A stretch of 64,000 nucleotides of DNA from an uncultured Gammaproteobacteria bacterium. GTDB lineage: Bacteria; Pseudomonadota; Gammaproteobacteria; DRLM01. The first letter of the stretch is position 1. Every line of letters starts with the position of its first letter. The notes beneath the pieces were generated by a model, which worked only from the letters and a program-made list of their open reading frames with translations, searched no databases and was not told the origin of the DNA. Location of the stretch: positions 896,001-960,000 of the forward strand of contig CAVSNY010000007.1 in NCBI GenBank assembly GCA_963729605.1, in the 5' to 3' direction. Below are positions 55,222 through 64,000 of this stretch, one piece after another. The position numbers and the translations under genes are program-made.

Positions 55222-56439
55222 ATGCGAATGTTGAACTTCGCCTTGCGCAATCTATTCCGCCATAAGGGCCGCACCGCGCTGAGTCTGGCGGCGGTGGTAT
55301 TCGGCGTGGTGAGCGTGATTCTCAGCGGCGGTTTTATCGAAGACGTGTTCTTTCAGTTGCGGGAAAACACCATTCACTCCCGGCTGGGGCATCTGCAAAT
55401 CTACAGCGCCGGTTATTACGAATTCGGCCGCCGCGAACCGTTCGACCACATGATCGAGCAGCCGGCGCAGCGGGCCGCGGAGCTGGAAAAACAACCGCAC
55501 GTGGCGGCGGTGATGCAACGGCTGCAATTCTCCGGTTTGCTGAACAACGGCCGGCGCGGCGAGGCGCCGGTATTGGCCGAGGGCGTGGAACCGGATAAAG
55601 AGGCCCGTTTGGGCAGCGCGGTGACCCTGATCGCCGGCCGGGGTTTGCGCAACGACGATGAGTTCGGCGTATTGATCGGCGAGGGGGTGGCGCGCGCCCT
55701 GCACTTGAAGCCCGGCGACAACACGACGTTGCTGGTCACCACGCCGGAGGGCGCGTTCAACACCCTGGATTTCGAAGTGGTCGGCGTATTCCGTACCATG
55801 TCGCAGGAGTACGACGCGCGCGCGGTGCGGGTGTCGTTGCCGGCGGCGCAGGATCTGCTCGGTATCGATATGGTGCACAGCCTGGTGGTGTTGCTGGATG
55901 ACACAGCATACACCGATGCGGTGTTGGCCGCGTTGAAAACGCGGCTGCCGTCCGGCTTCGAAGTGAAGCCCTGGTACGAACTCGCCGAGTTTTATCAAAA
56001 CGCGGTGGCGCTGTACCGCCGCCAATTCGCGGTGTTGCAAATCATCGTGGTGGTGCTGGTGTTATTGAGCGTGGCCAATAGCGTCAATATGGTGGTGCAT
56101 GAACGCACCGGCGAATACGGCACTTTGCGCGCCTTGGGCGATCGGCGCGGCGATGTGTTTCGTCTGATCGTGATCGAGAATGCCCTGCTGGGTCTGACGG
56201 GTGGTGTGGTCGGCGTCGTGTTGGGCAGCGGCTTGGCGCTGGCGATTTCCAGCGTCGGCATCGCCATGCCGCCGCCGCCCGGTATGAACGGCGGTTATCT
56301 CGCCGAGATCCGCGTGGTGCCGGCGGTGTTGGCCGCGGCGTTCGCGCTGGGCGTGGCGGCGACGGTGCTCGCCGCGCTGCGGCCCGCTTGGCGCGCGACG
56401 CGCGCGCCGATCAGCGAGGCCTTGCAGCAGAATATTTAG
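55222..56439 (+). CDS. Second LolE/MacB-type ABC permease
   Basis: RNLFRHKGRT; ERTGEYGTLRALG; RPAWRA. Confidence 0.9.
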   Translation: MRMLNFALRNLFRHKGRTALSLAAVVFGVVSVILSGGFIEDVFFQLRENTIHSRLGHLQIYSAGYYEFGRREPFDHMIEQPAQRAAELEKQPHVAAVMQRLQFSGLLNNGRRGEAPVLAEGVEPDKEARLGSAVTLIAGRGLRNDDEFGVLIGEGVARALHLKPGDNTTLLVTTPEGAFNTLDFEVVGVFRTMSQEYDARAVRVSLPAAQDLLGIDMVHSLVVLLDDTAYTDAVLAALKTRLPSGFEVKPWYELAEFYQNAVALYRRQFAVLQIIVVVLVLLSVANSVNMVVHERTGEYGTLRALGDRRGDVFRLIVIENALLGLTGGVVGVVLGSGLALAISSVGIAMPPPPGMNGGYLAEIRVVPAVLAAAFALGVAATVLAALRPAWRATRAPISEALQQNI

Positions 56440-56585
56440 GAGAGTCCTGAAAATCCATCGCGGCGTTTTTCAAGATTCCAATGAACGGCGATTTCATTTT
56501 TTCATCCGCCGATTGCCCCTGATGGCGCGCATCTCCGCATGCAGCGTAGCGCCACTGCAAGCGCGGATGCGCAAACCGCCGAAAC

Positions 56586-57395
56586 CTATTGCAGTTTCTT
56601 GAGGTAATCCTTGGTGAACATTTTGTCCGGCAAATCTTTGAGCGCCATGTCGCTGTAGTCCAGCGTGGATTTATTGCCCTGGTTTAAATTGTCGATCATC
56701 ACCAGCCGGGTCGGGCGTTGTTCGCCTTGCATCAGGGCGAAGTTTTGATAGAAGCAGGTTTTCATCAGCCGGTTGGAGCGGGTGTAAAACTCGGCTTTAT
56801 AGGGGCGGTTATCGGTTTGATTGACCCAGTACAACACGCGATCGTAAGTCACGCCGCGATCGACCGCGGTGAGTTCCAGCACCCAATACCAGGCGCCGTC
56901 GATGATTTCCTTGCGCAGGATTTTCGGATGGTAATCGCCGGCGAAGTTGGCCCGCGCCAGATCGCCGTTGGCCACCTGGCCGGTGAGCCGTTGCGCCAGC
57001 GGCAGGCGGATGGGTTGCGAGACGCTGGGCATGAAGGCCCACAGGTCGCGCCCCTTGAGCAGCAGGATGTGGCCGCGTTCGGTGGGCGGTTCGGTGGTGA
57101 TCACCAAGGTGTCTTCGTTGCCCTTGGACAGAATGCGGAATTTGCGCGATTCGGACGTGCCGTCGGCACCGCTGTTGTTGATGGTGACGTCCACTTGAAA
57201 GCTGGCGGCGGGGAAACGGATGCGGTCGGTCCGCTCGACGATTTGCCGGGGATCCTCGTCGCCGTTTTCCGCGCGCAACGCCGGCGCGGCGCCAAGGGCG
57301 CCGGCGGCGGCGATGCACAGGAACAATGAATTGATGACGCGCCGGGTCGGTGTGGCGAATCCGCCCGTGGCGGAACGGTGTTTCCCTGAAGTCAT
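56586..57395 (-). CDS. Outer-membrane lipoprotein-sorting (LolA-like) protein
   Basis: EPPTERGHILL..LWAFMP..RLTGQVANGDL..FTKDYL; RBS AAGGAGG. Confidence 0.8.
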   Translation of the reverse strand: MTSGKHRSATGGFATPTRRVINSLFLCIAAAGALGAAPALRAENGDEDPRQIVERTDRIRFPAASFQVDVTINNSGADGTSESRKFRILSKGNEDTLVITTEPPTERGHILLLKGRDLWAFMPSVSQPIRLPLAQRLTGQVANGDLARANFAGDYHPKILRKEIIDGAWYWVLELTAVDRGVTYDRVLYWVNQTDNRPYKAEFYTRSNRLMKTCFYQNFALMQGEQRPTRLVMIDNLNQGNKSTLDYSDMALKDLPDKMFTKDYLKKLQ

Positions 57396-57472
57396 GTCGC
57401 GGTGCCTCCTTTATGCTGGTTTTCACTGCCATGGCCATTCATAATGCGGGCGTGCTGCACGGAATGGTTGCT

Positions 57473-58147
57473 ATGAACGTAGTGCGTGTCGAAAATCTCC
57501 ATAAGGAATATCAATTGGGCCAGCAGCAGGTGCAGGCCCTCAAAAATATCAGCTTAACCGTGCGCGCCGGTGAATTCCTGGCCATCGCCGGCCCGTCGGG
57601 CAGCGGCAAATCCACGCTCCTGAATATTATCGGCTGCATCGATACACCCAGTAGCGGCCGCTTATGGATCGATGATGAGGACGTCAGCGGCCGCAGCCCC
57701 GACCAATTGGCGGACCTGCGCGCCCGCAGCATCGGTTTTATCTTCCAGACCTTCAACCTGCTGCCGGTGCTGTCGGCGGCGGAGAACGTGGAATACCCCT
57801 TGCGCCATTTCAAGGAACTGGACAAGGCCGCGCGCCGCGCGCGGGTGGGCCATTACCTGGAGGTGGTGGGGCTGGCTGCGTACGCCCATCACCGGCCCAA
57901 CCAGCTGAGCGGCGGCCAGCGCCAGCGGGTGGCCATCGCCCGCGCCCTGGCGACCCAGCCGCGCATGGTACTCGCCGACGAGCCGACCGCCAACCTCGAT
58001 CACAAGACCGGCGAAGGCATACTGGCCTTGATGAAGGAGATTAACCGCGGCGCCGGCACCACCTTCATTTTTTCCACCCACGATCCCAAGGTGATCGCCT
58101 TGGCGGATCGGGTGGTCGAGATCAGCGACGGTGAACTGCTTGCTTAG
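57473..58147 (+). CDS. LolD-like ABC ATPase
   Basis: [26 protein letters not shown]. Confidence 0.92.
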   Translation: MNVVRVENLHKEYQLGQQQVQALKNISLTVRAGEFLAIAGPSGSGKSTLLNIIGCIDTPSSGRLWIDDEDVSGRSPDQLADLRARSIGFIFQTFNLLPVLSAAENVEYPLRHFKELDKAARRARVGHYLEVVGLAAYAHHRPNQLSGGQRQRVAIARALATQPRMVLADEPTANLDHKTGEGILALMKEINRGAGTTFIFSTHDPKVIALADRVVEISDGELLA

Positions 58148-58148
58148 T

Positions 58149-59888
58149 ATGCGCCTGGTTTTATCGCTGGCGGCGTTGTTGCTGTGGGTCGCGGCGTCTT
58201 CCGCGCGCGCCGATTATGTGGTGCAGGTCGGCGTGTTCGAGAAGCCGCGTTTTGCCGGCGAGATCGCCCGCCGCCTGCATCTGGCGGGGTTGACGGTGAA
58301 GGCCCAACCCATCATCGACGTGCCCGGCGGTCTGATGGTGCGGCTGATGGTCGGACCGTATGTCACCCGCCGCGAGGCGGAAGACGCCTTGGCCCGCGTC
58401 AAGACCTTGGGTCAGGAAGGGTTCATCCGCAAATATGTCGAAGGGCCGGACGTGAAGCGGCCGGGGCCGCCGAGTTCCGTCCGCGCGCCTAGAGACACTC
58501 CGGCCGCGCCGCCGCCGGCCAAGGAACCGCCCATCGCCCTGGAGCGATTGCATACCGAGCCGCCGCCCCCGCCGGAATTGACCGAACAGCAGATCGAGGA
58601 ATTGCTGGCCCTGGCCCCGCCGGACATCCCCGGGCCGGCGGAAGATTTATTCGGCTTGGGCGAATTGCCGGTGGCGCGGCCGCCGCGCCTCATCGGCTTC
58701 TTCCAAAGCGAATTGGCCTATGCCTGGCCGGAACCGGCGCATCTGTCGAAATTTCGCCAAACCTTGGAGCTCTCCACTCAAGGGCGGTGGGGGGAATGGG
58801 CGAAATGGAAATTGAGCGGCCGCGCCGCCTATGACGCGGTATTCGATATCGATGATTTTTATTTACCCGCCGTGGAGGACGATCAGCGTCTGCAGGCCGA
58901 CGTGCGCGAGACCTACGTGGACTTCAGCCTCGGCGATTGGGATTTCCGTGTCGGCCGCCAACACATCATCTGGGGTGAGATGGTCGGCCTGTTCTTCGCC
59001 GACGTGGTGTCGGCCAAGGACCTGCGGGAATTCGTCTTGCCGGAATTCGAGATCCTGCGCATTCCGCAATGGGCGCTGCGCAGCGAATATTTCAGCGGCG
59101 ATTTTCACGGCGAAGCGGTGTGGATACCCTATCCCAGCTACGACGACATCGGTGTGCCCGGCGCGGAATTTTATCCCTATCCCTCTCCGCCGCCGCCCGG
59201 TTACGGCATCGCCTTTCAAGACGAGGAAAAACCGGCGGGGGAGTTGCGCCATTCCGGCTACGGCCTGCGGCTGTCGTATATTCAATCCGGCTGGGATTTG
59301 TCCGGGTTTTACTACAACAGCATGGACACCACCGCGACATTTTTCCGCGACGTGATTACCACGCCCGCGCCGACCGTGGTATTCCGGCCCACCCACGAGC
59401 GCATTCAGCAATACGGCGCCACCTTGTCCAAGGATTTTCTAAGCATGGTGTTCAAGGCGGAGGTGATTTATACCCAGGACCGCTGGTTTGAAGTGACGCG
59501 GCTGAGTGACGCCGACGGCGCGGTGCAGCAGGATCTCTTGGATTACGTGGTGGGATTGGAATATCCGTTGCCGGCCCGTTCGCGGCTCAATCTGCAATTC
59601 TTCCAGCGCTGGTATCCCGATCACGACCCGGACATGACCGCGGAAGAACTGGAGACCGGCGCCAGCGTGTATTTCAGCACCCATTGGCGCTCGCTGGAAC
59701 CGCAGTTGCTGGTGGTGGGCAGTTTGAACCGCGGCGATTGGTTGGCGCGGCCCAAGATCGTGTGGGACATGGGCCGGCAATGGCGCTGGGTGAACGGCGT
59801 CGATATCTTCGGCGGCAACCGCAGCGGTTTATTCGGCCGTTACGACCATCTCGACCGGGTGTATAGCGAGATACGTTATACGTTTTAA
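58149..59888 (+). CDS. SPOR domain + Pro-rich linker + outer-membrane beta-barrel (DUF1302-like)
   Basis: YVVQVGVF..RLMVGPY..A; RETYVD..RVGRQHIIWGE; C-terminal RYTF. Confidence 0.7.
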   Translation: MRLVLSLAALLLWVAASSARADYVVQVGVFEKPRFAGEIARRLHLAGLTVKAQPIIDVPGGLMVRLMVGPYVTRREAEDALARVKTLGQEGFIRKYVEGPDVKRPGPPSSVRAPRDTPAAPPPAKEPPIALERLHTEPPPPPELTEQQIEELLALAPPDIPGPAEDLFGLGELPVARPPRLIGFFQSELAYAWPEPAHLSKFRQTLELSTQGRWGEWAKWKLSGRAAYDAVFDIDDFYLPAVEDDQRLQADVRETYVDFSLGDWDFRVGRQHIIWGEMVGLFFADVVSAKDLREFVLPEFEILRIPQWALRSEYFSGDFHGEAVWIPYPSYDDIGVPGAEFYPYPSPPPPGYGIAFQDEEKPAGELRHSGYGLRLSYIQSGWDLSGFYYNSMDTTATFFRDVITTPAPTVVFRPTHERIQQYGATLSKDFLSMVFKAEVIYTQDRWFEVTRLSDADGAVQQDLLDYVVGLEYPLPARSRLNLQFFQRWYPDHDPDMTAEELETGASVYFSTHWRSLEPQLLVVGSLNRGDWLARPKIVWDMGRQWRWVNGVDIFGGNRSGLFGRYDHLDRVYSEIRYTF

Positions 59889-60044
59889 TTAAACATGCGG
59901 ATTGATTTCCGTTGGATCGCCAAGACGCCACGTTCACCAAGAAGTTTTATTGAACCGGCCCCATGAGAGCCGCGTTGATAAAGCCTCACGCGACAGGCCA
60001 GACGAACCCGTCGGCTTGGGTCGCAAACCCTCCTTGAAAAGCGG

Positions 60045-60090
60045 AACCACCCCGTCCGCTACGCGTCCACCCCTCCTTGGAAAGGAGGGG
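60045..60090 (+). repeat. REP-like element, near-identical to 54814-54859
   Basis: AACCACCCCGTCCGCTACGCGTCCACCCCTCCTTGGAAAGGAGGGG. Confidence 0.75.
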
Positions 60091-60176
60091 AGATAGATAG
60101 ATGTTTCTTCCCTCCTCCATGCACGTGACAGGTTAAAACGTCATCTGGCCGGATCAATATTACCCAGTTATTTTTT

Positions 60177-60291
60177 CTTGGCGCACTTGGCGCACTTGGC
60201 GCACTTGGCGCACTTGGCGCACTTGGCGCACTTGGCGCACTTGGCGCACTTGGCGCACTTGGCGCACTTGGCGCACTTGGCGCACTTGGCG
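60177..60291. repeat. Perfect 9-bp tandem repeat (CTTGGCGCA), 12 copies plus a partial
   Basis: Directly visible; intergenic. Confidence 0.97.
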
Positions 60292-60312
60292 TCTTGCGGT
60301 TGATGAGTTTGT

Positions 60313-62301
60313 TTACGACCGATCGATCATCAGTTCTTCCAGCGATTTGCGGGTGGAGCGGGAGGCGGGCGCGGTGCCGGCGCCGATGCGGCCCATGAAG
60401 ACCGCGCGCCGGCTCAATTCCACGCCTACCACCTCTTCCAATTGCCGGCTCACCCGTTGCGCGCGTGCCCAGCTCTTGTCGCTCTGGGTGAAACGCAGGC
60501 CTTTTCTCACGTAGTCGGCGAAGATCAGCGGGGTCATTTCCGGTTGCACGTGTAATCCCTGTTGCGTGGCGGTGAGCCAGAAGCGCTGGACGGCGCGGCC
60601 GGCCGTCACGTAGTCGTCGATACTGGTGGGCGGTTGTTGCGCGATGATGACGAAATGCGCGGCGCAGCGCAGTGCGGGAATCACGTCCAATTGTAGACGC
60701 GGCATCAAGGTGCCGGCGAGATAGCGATTGAGAAAGGTGACCCGCTCCCATTTTTGCAGCGTCCATTCCATGAGGCGGGTGGTGAGCGGATCGAGGCCGA
60801 CGGCTTGGTCGGGGATGCGGTCGGGGCTGAATTGGCTGCGCCATTCGATCACGCGGCGATGTACCTCGAAGGCCTCGGGGATGGTGAGGCGGATGGCGGC
60901 ATTGGCGGAGGTCAGGCGCGCCATGGCGAGTTTCTTTCGAGACTGGTCCAGCCATAACACGTGAAAGGCGGGTTTCACCGCGGTTTGCAGCGCCGCCCGT
61001 TCATGGCGGGTCAGCGGCCGGGTGCTGAGGGCGCGGCGCTGGGTGCTGCGCACGCGGATATAAGGCAGCAAGGGATCGGTGCCCGTGTGCAGATCGGCGC
61101 CGAGGGTCACGTCGAAAGTGGGTCGCGTATCCGGGGCATCGGTCCGCCGATTGATGTTGACGCTCAGTCCCTCGCCGCTGGCGGCGATGGTGAGGGTCTC
61201 CAGCAAGGCACCCAGCGCGATCTGGCTGGCGTGGCCTTCCAAGTCGTAGACCACGTGGTCGCGGGTGTCGAAGCCGTGAACGACGATGCGGCGCGGATCG
61301 CGGATTTCGAAACGCCAAGGTTGAGTGTTGTCGCCGCTGGGCGCCCAGCGTGCCAGGTTTAAAATACGTTCCGCGGTGCTGAGGCGTGGCGCCGGCGCCG
61401 GGGGAGGTCGCTCGCGCTCGCGGGCGCCGAATTGTTTGCGCGCGATGTGCAGGGCGAGGCGTTGCAGGGGGTGGCGGTTGCCGCCGGGACGCCAGGTTTT
61501 GGCCAGCTTGTTGCGATAGGCGTCGAAGTGCAGGCCGTAAGGTGCGGCCAAGACCTTGCCGCGATGCAGCAGCAACTTCAATGCCTGGGTGGCGGCCACC
61601 CCGGCGCACAGATCGCAGGCCATGGGCGTCGACGGGCCGCGATGGCGGGCGAGGTCCACCGTGCTCGGGTCCACCAGATAGCCGCGTTGCGGCATGGCGG
61701 GGGAGAGGCCTAGCAAAAAACGCAGCAGTTGTTCGTCTTCCGATTGGCCCGCCAGGTCGAAATAGTCTTCGAAACTCATGCCCCCCGGTACAAAAGTGAG
61801 CAGCGCCGCGCCCATGCCCAGCGGCGCGGCGGTGATCGCCGGGATGCCGGCCTCCGCGCACGCGGCGAACATGGCGCGGCGGATGTCTATCGCGAAGAAG
61901 TCGAGGCCGTCGACGTAGAGGTCCACCCCAGCGAGAAAGGCCGGCAGATTGGCGGTGCTGACGCCCTCGGGAAAGATGCGGAGATCGAGTTCGGGATTGA
62001 TGTCGCGGGCCAGGCGCGCGAGCACCTCGGCCTTGGGTTGTTGCAAGGTGGAGCAGGCCGCGCCCACTTGGCGGTTGAAGTTGGCCAATTCGAAGTGGTC
62101 GAAGTCGGCGATGTGAAACGCACCCACCCCCAGACGGGTAAGGGTGAGTAGATGGCTGCCGCCCACCCCGCCCATGCCGGCGATGGCGATGCGTTTGTGG
62201 CGCAAGATGGTTTGTTCGTCCCGCGTGATCCAGCCGGTGTTGCGGGAAAACGCGAGGCCGTAATCAAAATCGGCGCGTATCGGGTGAGTCTCTTGAGGCA
62301 A
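60313..62301 (-). CDS. ThiF-nitroreductase didomain enzyme (OxzB-like oxazolone synthetase)
   Basis: GMGGVG, DFDHFELANFNRQ, DGLD (ThiF); WAPSGDNTQPW (nitroreductase fold). Confidence 0.82.
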   Translation of the reverse strand: MPQETHPIRADFDYGLAFSRNTGWITRDEQTILRHKRIAIAGMGGVGGSHLLTLTRLGVGAFHIADFDHFELANFNRQVGAACSTLQQPKAEVLARLARDINPELDLRIFPEGVSTANLPAFLAGVDLYVDGLDFFAIDIRRAMFAACAEAGIPAITAAPLGMGAALLTFVPGGMSFEDYFDLAGQSEDEQLLRFLLGLSPAMPQRGYLVDPSTVDLARHRGPSTPMACDLCAGVAATQALKLLLHRGKVLAAPYGLHFDAYRNKLAKTWRPGGNRHPLQRLALHIARKQFGARERERPPPAPAPRLSTAERILNLARWAPSGDNTQPWRFEIRDPRRIVVHGFDTRDHVVYDLEGHASQIALGALLETLTIAASGEGLSVNINRRTDAPDTRPTFDVTLGADLHTGTDPLLPYIRVRSTQRRALSTRPLTRHERAALQTAVKPAFHVLWLDQSRKKLAMARLTSANAAIRLTIPEAFEVHRRVIEWRSQFSPDRIPDQAVGLDPLTTRLMEWTLQKWERVTFLNRYLAGTLMPRLQLDVIPALRCAAHFVIIAQQPPTSIDDYVTAGRAVQRFWLTATQQGLHVQPEMTPLIFADYVRKGLRFTQSDKSWARAQRVSRQLEEVVGVELSRRAVFMGRIGAGTAPASRSTRKSLEELMIDRS

Positions 62302-62507
62302 GGTCCGGTGCCTCCCTGGCGTTTTGCTGTGCTTGTGTCACACTGTAACGGCTATGGTTCGACTCACTCAAGGGGATGTGAGGCCGATCACAACTCTACA
62401 GTGCGTTGAGTGAATAATTAATAAAACGTGAACGGGGTCGCTGACGCGGGCTCTTTTAACCTTGCACCATACGATCTCAAGTGTAAACGGGTTTTAGCCA
62501 TGGTGAT

Positions 62508-63347
62508 ATGGCGCAGCGGAAAGGGGCAGCCGTTATGGACGCATTGGCGGATAACTTCGCGCGGTTTTTCGACGTTAAACCGGTGGTCACCGATGAGCAG
62601 CTGCGGCTGGCCATGGAATTGCGTTATCAAGTGTATTGCCTGGAAACCGGCTTTGAAGACGTCAATCAGCATCCCGGCGGCATGGAGCGCGACGAGTTCG
62701 ACAGTCGTGCGGTCCACAGTTTGTTGATCCATCGCGCCAGCGGGATAGTGGCCGGCACGGTGCGCCTGGTGCTGCCCGAGCCCACGAATCCGCAGGCGTT
62801 GTTTCCCATCGAAAAGCATTGCGGAGACGCGGTGCAGCGACCGGTTGCCGCCGCGGCGCGGGGCCGGGTCGCGGAGATTTCCCGTTTCTGCATCTCCAAG
62901 GAATTTAAGCGGCGCATGGCCGAACCGCATACCCTGTGGGGCAGTGTCGAAGGTTTGGGCGAGGAGGATATGAGCGAGCGTCGCTTGATCCCGCACATCA
63001 CCGTCGGGCTCTTTACCGCCATCGTACGCATGAGCGCGCAACATGGGATCCGGTATTGGTATGCGGTGATGGAGCCGTCGCTGCTGCGTCTGCTGAAACG
63101 TTTCGGCATCCACTTCACGCTCATCGGTCCCGCGGTGGAATACCATGGCGCGCGGCAACCCTGTTTTGCCGATGCCGATGAGGTGCTGGCCGAGATGCGG
63201 CGGGTCGCCCTCCCGGTGTGGGAATTGATTACCGAAGGGGGGCGTCTCTGGCCGGGGGATACTACCCAGCATCGGGAGACGAGTCCTGAACACACGGTTT
63301 GGCCGCTGCCATTTGGTGGAGGTAACTATGTCCTCGCGGGAGGGTGA
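62508..63347 (+). CDS. PEP-CTERM/exosortase-associated N-acyl amino acid synthase (OxzA/FeeM-like)
   Basis: LRYQVYCLE..ERDEFD, GTVRLV, EISRF, YAVMEPSLLRLL, VEYHGARQP. Confidence 0.85.
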   Translation: MAQRKGAAVMDALADNFARFFDVKPVVTDEQLRLAMELRYQVYCLETGFEDVNQHPGGMERDEFDSRAVHSLLIHRASGIVAGTVRLVLPEPTNPQALFPIEKHCGDAVQRPVAAAARGRVAEISRFCISKEFKRRMAEPHTLWGSVEGLGEEDMSERRLIPHITVGLFTAIVRMSAQHGIRYWYAVMEPSLLRLLKRFGIHFTLIGPAVEYHGARQPCFADADEVLAEMRRVALPVWELITEGGRLWPGDTTQHRETSPEHTVWPLPFGGGNYVLAGG

Positions 63348-63757
63348 GCGGGTCGGGCAGGGTACGTGGAGGACGCGCTTCTGGACTTCAAATTAAATTG
63401 TGCACGGGGAATGAGTCCCCCGCGCTTGCTCGAGGGGGAGAACCGCGCCCCGCTACGCTGTCCTCCTTGAAAGTCCCCCTCGCCTGTCCATGCGGCGAGC
63501 CGCAAGTTTAAAATTAATATAAATCAATAAATTACTATATTTCTTAGCCTGATCTGGGAAAGTCGGCTTTAAAACGTGAGCATTTCGGCCGTCCCCGCGG
63601 CTTCGAAATGCTCATGCCTTCCGCAAGGTTTTTTGCAAACGCCCCCTGACTGTAGGAACAGGGACTTGCTATAATCCGGCGCTCGCCTTAGCCGATAACG
63701 TCAGCAACAATACAAGGCTATTCTTAGCAGTAGCCTTCCCATCTCGAGAGTGATGCC

Positions 63758-64000
63758 GTGAAAAGACTGCAATCCATGATTCAAAATCTATTGGTTCTCG
63801 CGTTGTTTGCGGGGTTGGGGGCCTTGAGCGGCTGCGCGACTTCACATGCGCCTCTGCCGCCGTCCTTAGGGGCGCAACCTTCCACCTCGGATCCGGAGCG
63901 GTATAACTATTTAATCGGTCCGGGTGATTCCTTGAATATCTTCGTGTGGCGCAATCCCGAAGTTTCCACCACGGTCACGGTGCGGCCGGATGGGATGATC
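63758..64000 (+). CDS. Wza-like polysaccharide export lipoprotein, PEP-CTERM locus type (partial)
   Basis: Manual translation: lipobox LSGC; YLIGPGDSLNIFVWRNPEVS..VRPDG. Confidence 0.88.
   Translation, partial: MKRLQSMIQNLLVLALFAGLGALSGCATSHAPLPPSLGAQPSTSDPERYNYLIGPGDSLNIFVWRNPEVSTTVTVRPDGMI

Noticed and set aside
60059-60955. ORF encoding (PSA)n
   Set aside because: An alternative frame of oxzB that runs through the non-coding 9-bp repeat.
63651-63670. Sigma54 promoter before the wza-like gene
   Set aside because: GG-to-GC spacing is 11 nt, not the required 10.
1-64000. tRNA, rRNA or integrase genes
   Set aside because: None recognised by eye; the ICE integrase should lie upstream of the window.

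Overview
The window has two parts. (1) About 1-43.3 kb is the right-hand portion of a Tn4371-family integrative conjugative element (ICE); its integrase and left end lie outside the window. The backbone runs DUF736, XRE, DUF2958, DUF2285, HTH, repA, parA, parG-like, DUF2840, traF, relaxase, LysR, eexN, traG, copG, trbBCDEJLFGI, DUF2274. One cargo slot holds a low-GC CBASS-like operon (patatin phospholipase, CdnE-type CD-NTase and an unusual third gene with a DisA/DAC-fold domain). The other holds a ~16 kb copper island (cusRS, cusCBAF, copAB, copCD and accessories). An IS4-family element sits exactly on the DUF2958 start codon. Many tra/trb and cus genes are broken by single-base indels, most likely sequencing or assembly error. 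(2) About 43.3-64 kb is host chromosome resembling a PEP-CTERM/exosortase-associated locus: acyltransferase, glycosyltransferase, prsT, a sigma54-driven ~1240-aa SdrD-B repeat protein with no PEP-CTERM tail, a LolCDE/LolA-like/beta-barrel export module, an OxzB-like ThiF-nitroreductase with a divergent N-acyl amino acid synthase, and the start of a Wza-like exporter. The best candidates for new biology are the CBASS+DAC two-cyclase operon and the oxzAB-like/exporter/adhesin locus. All calls come from motif recognition by eye; no database searches were run.
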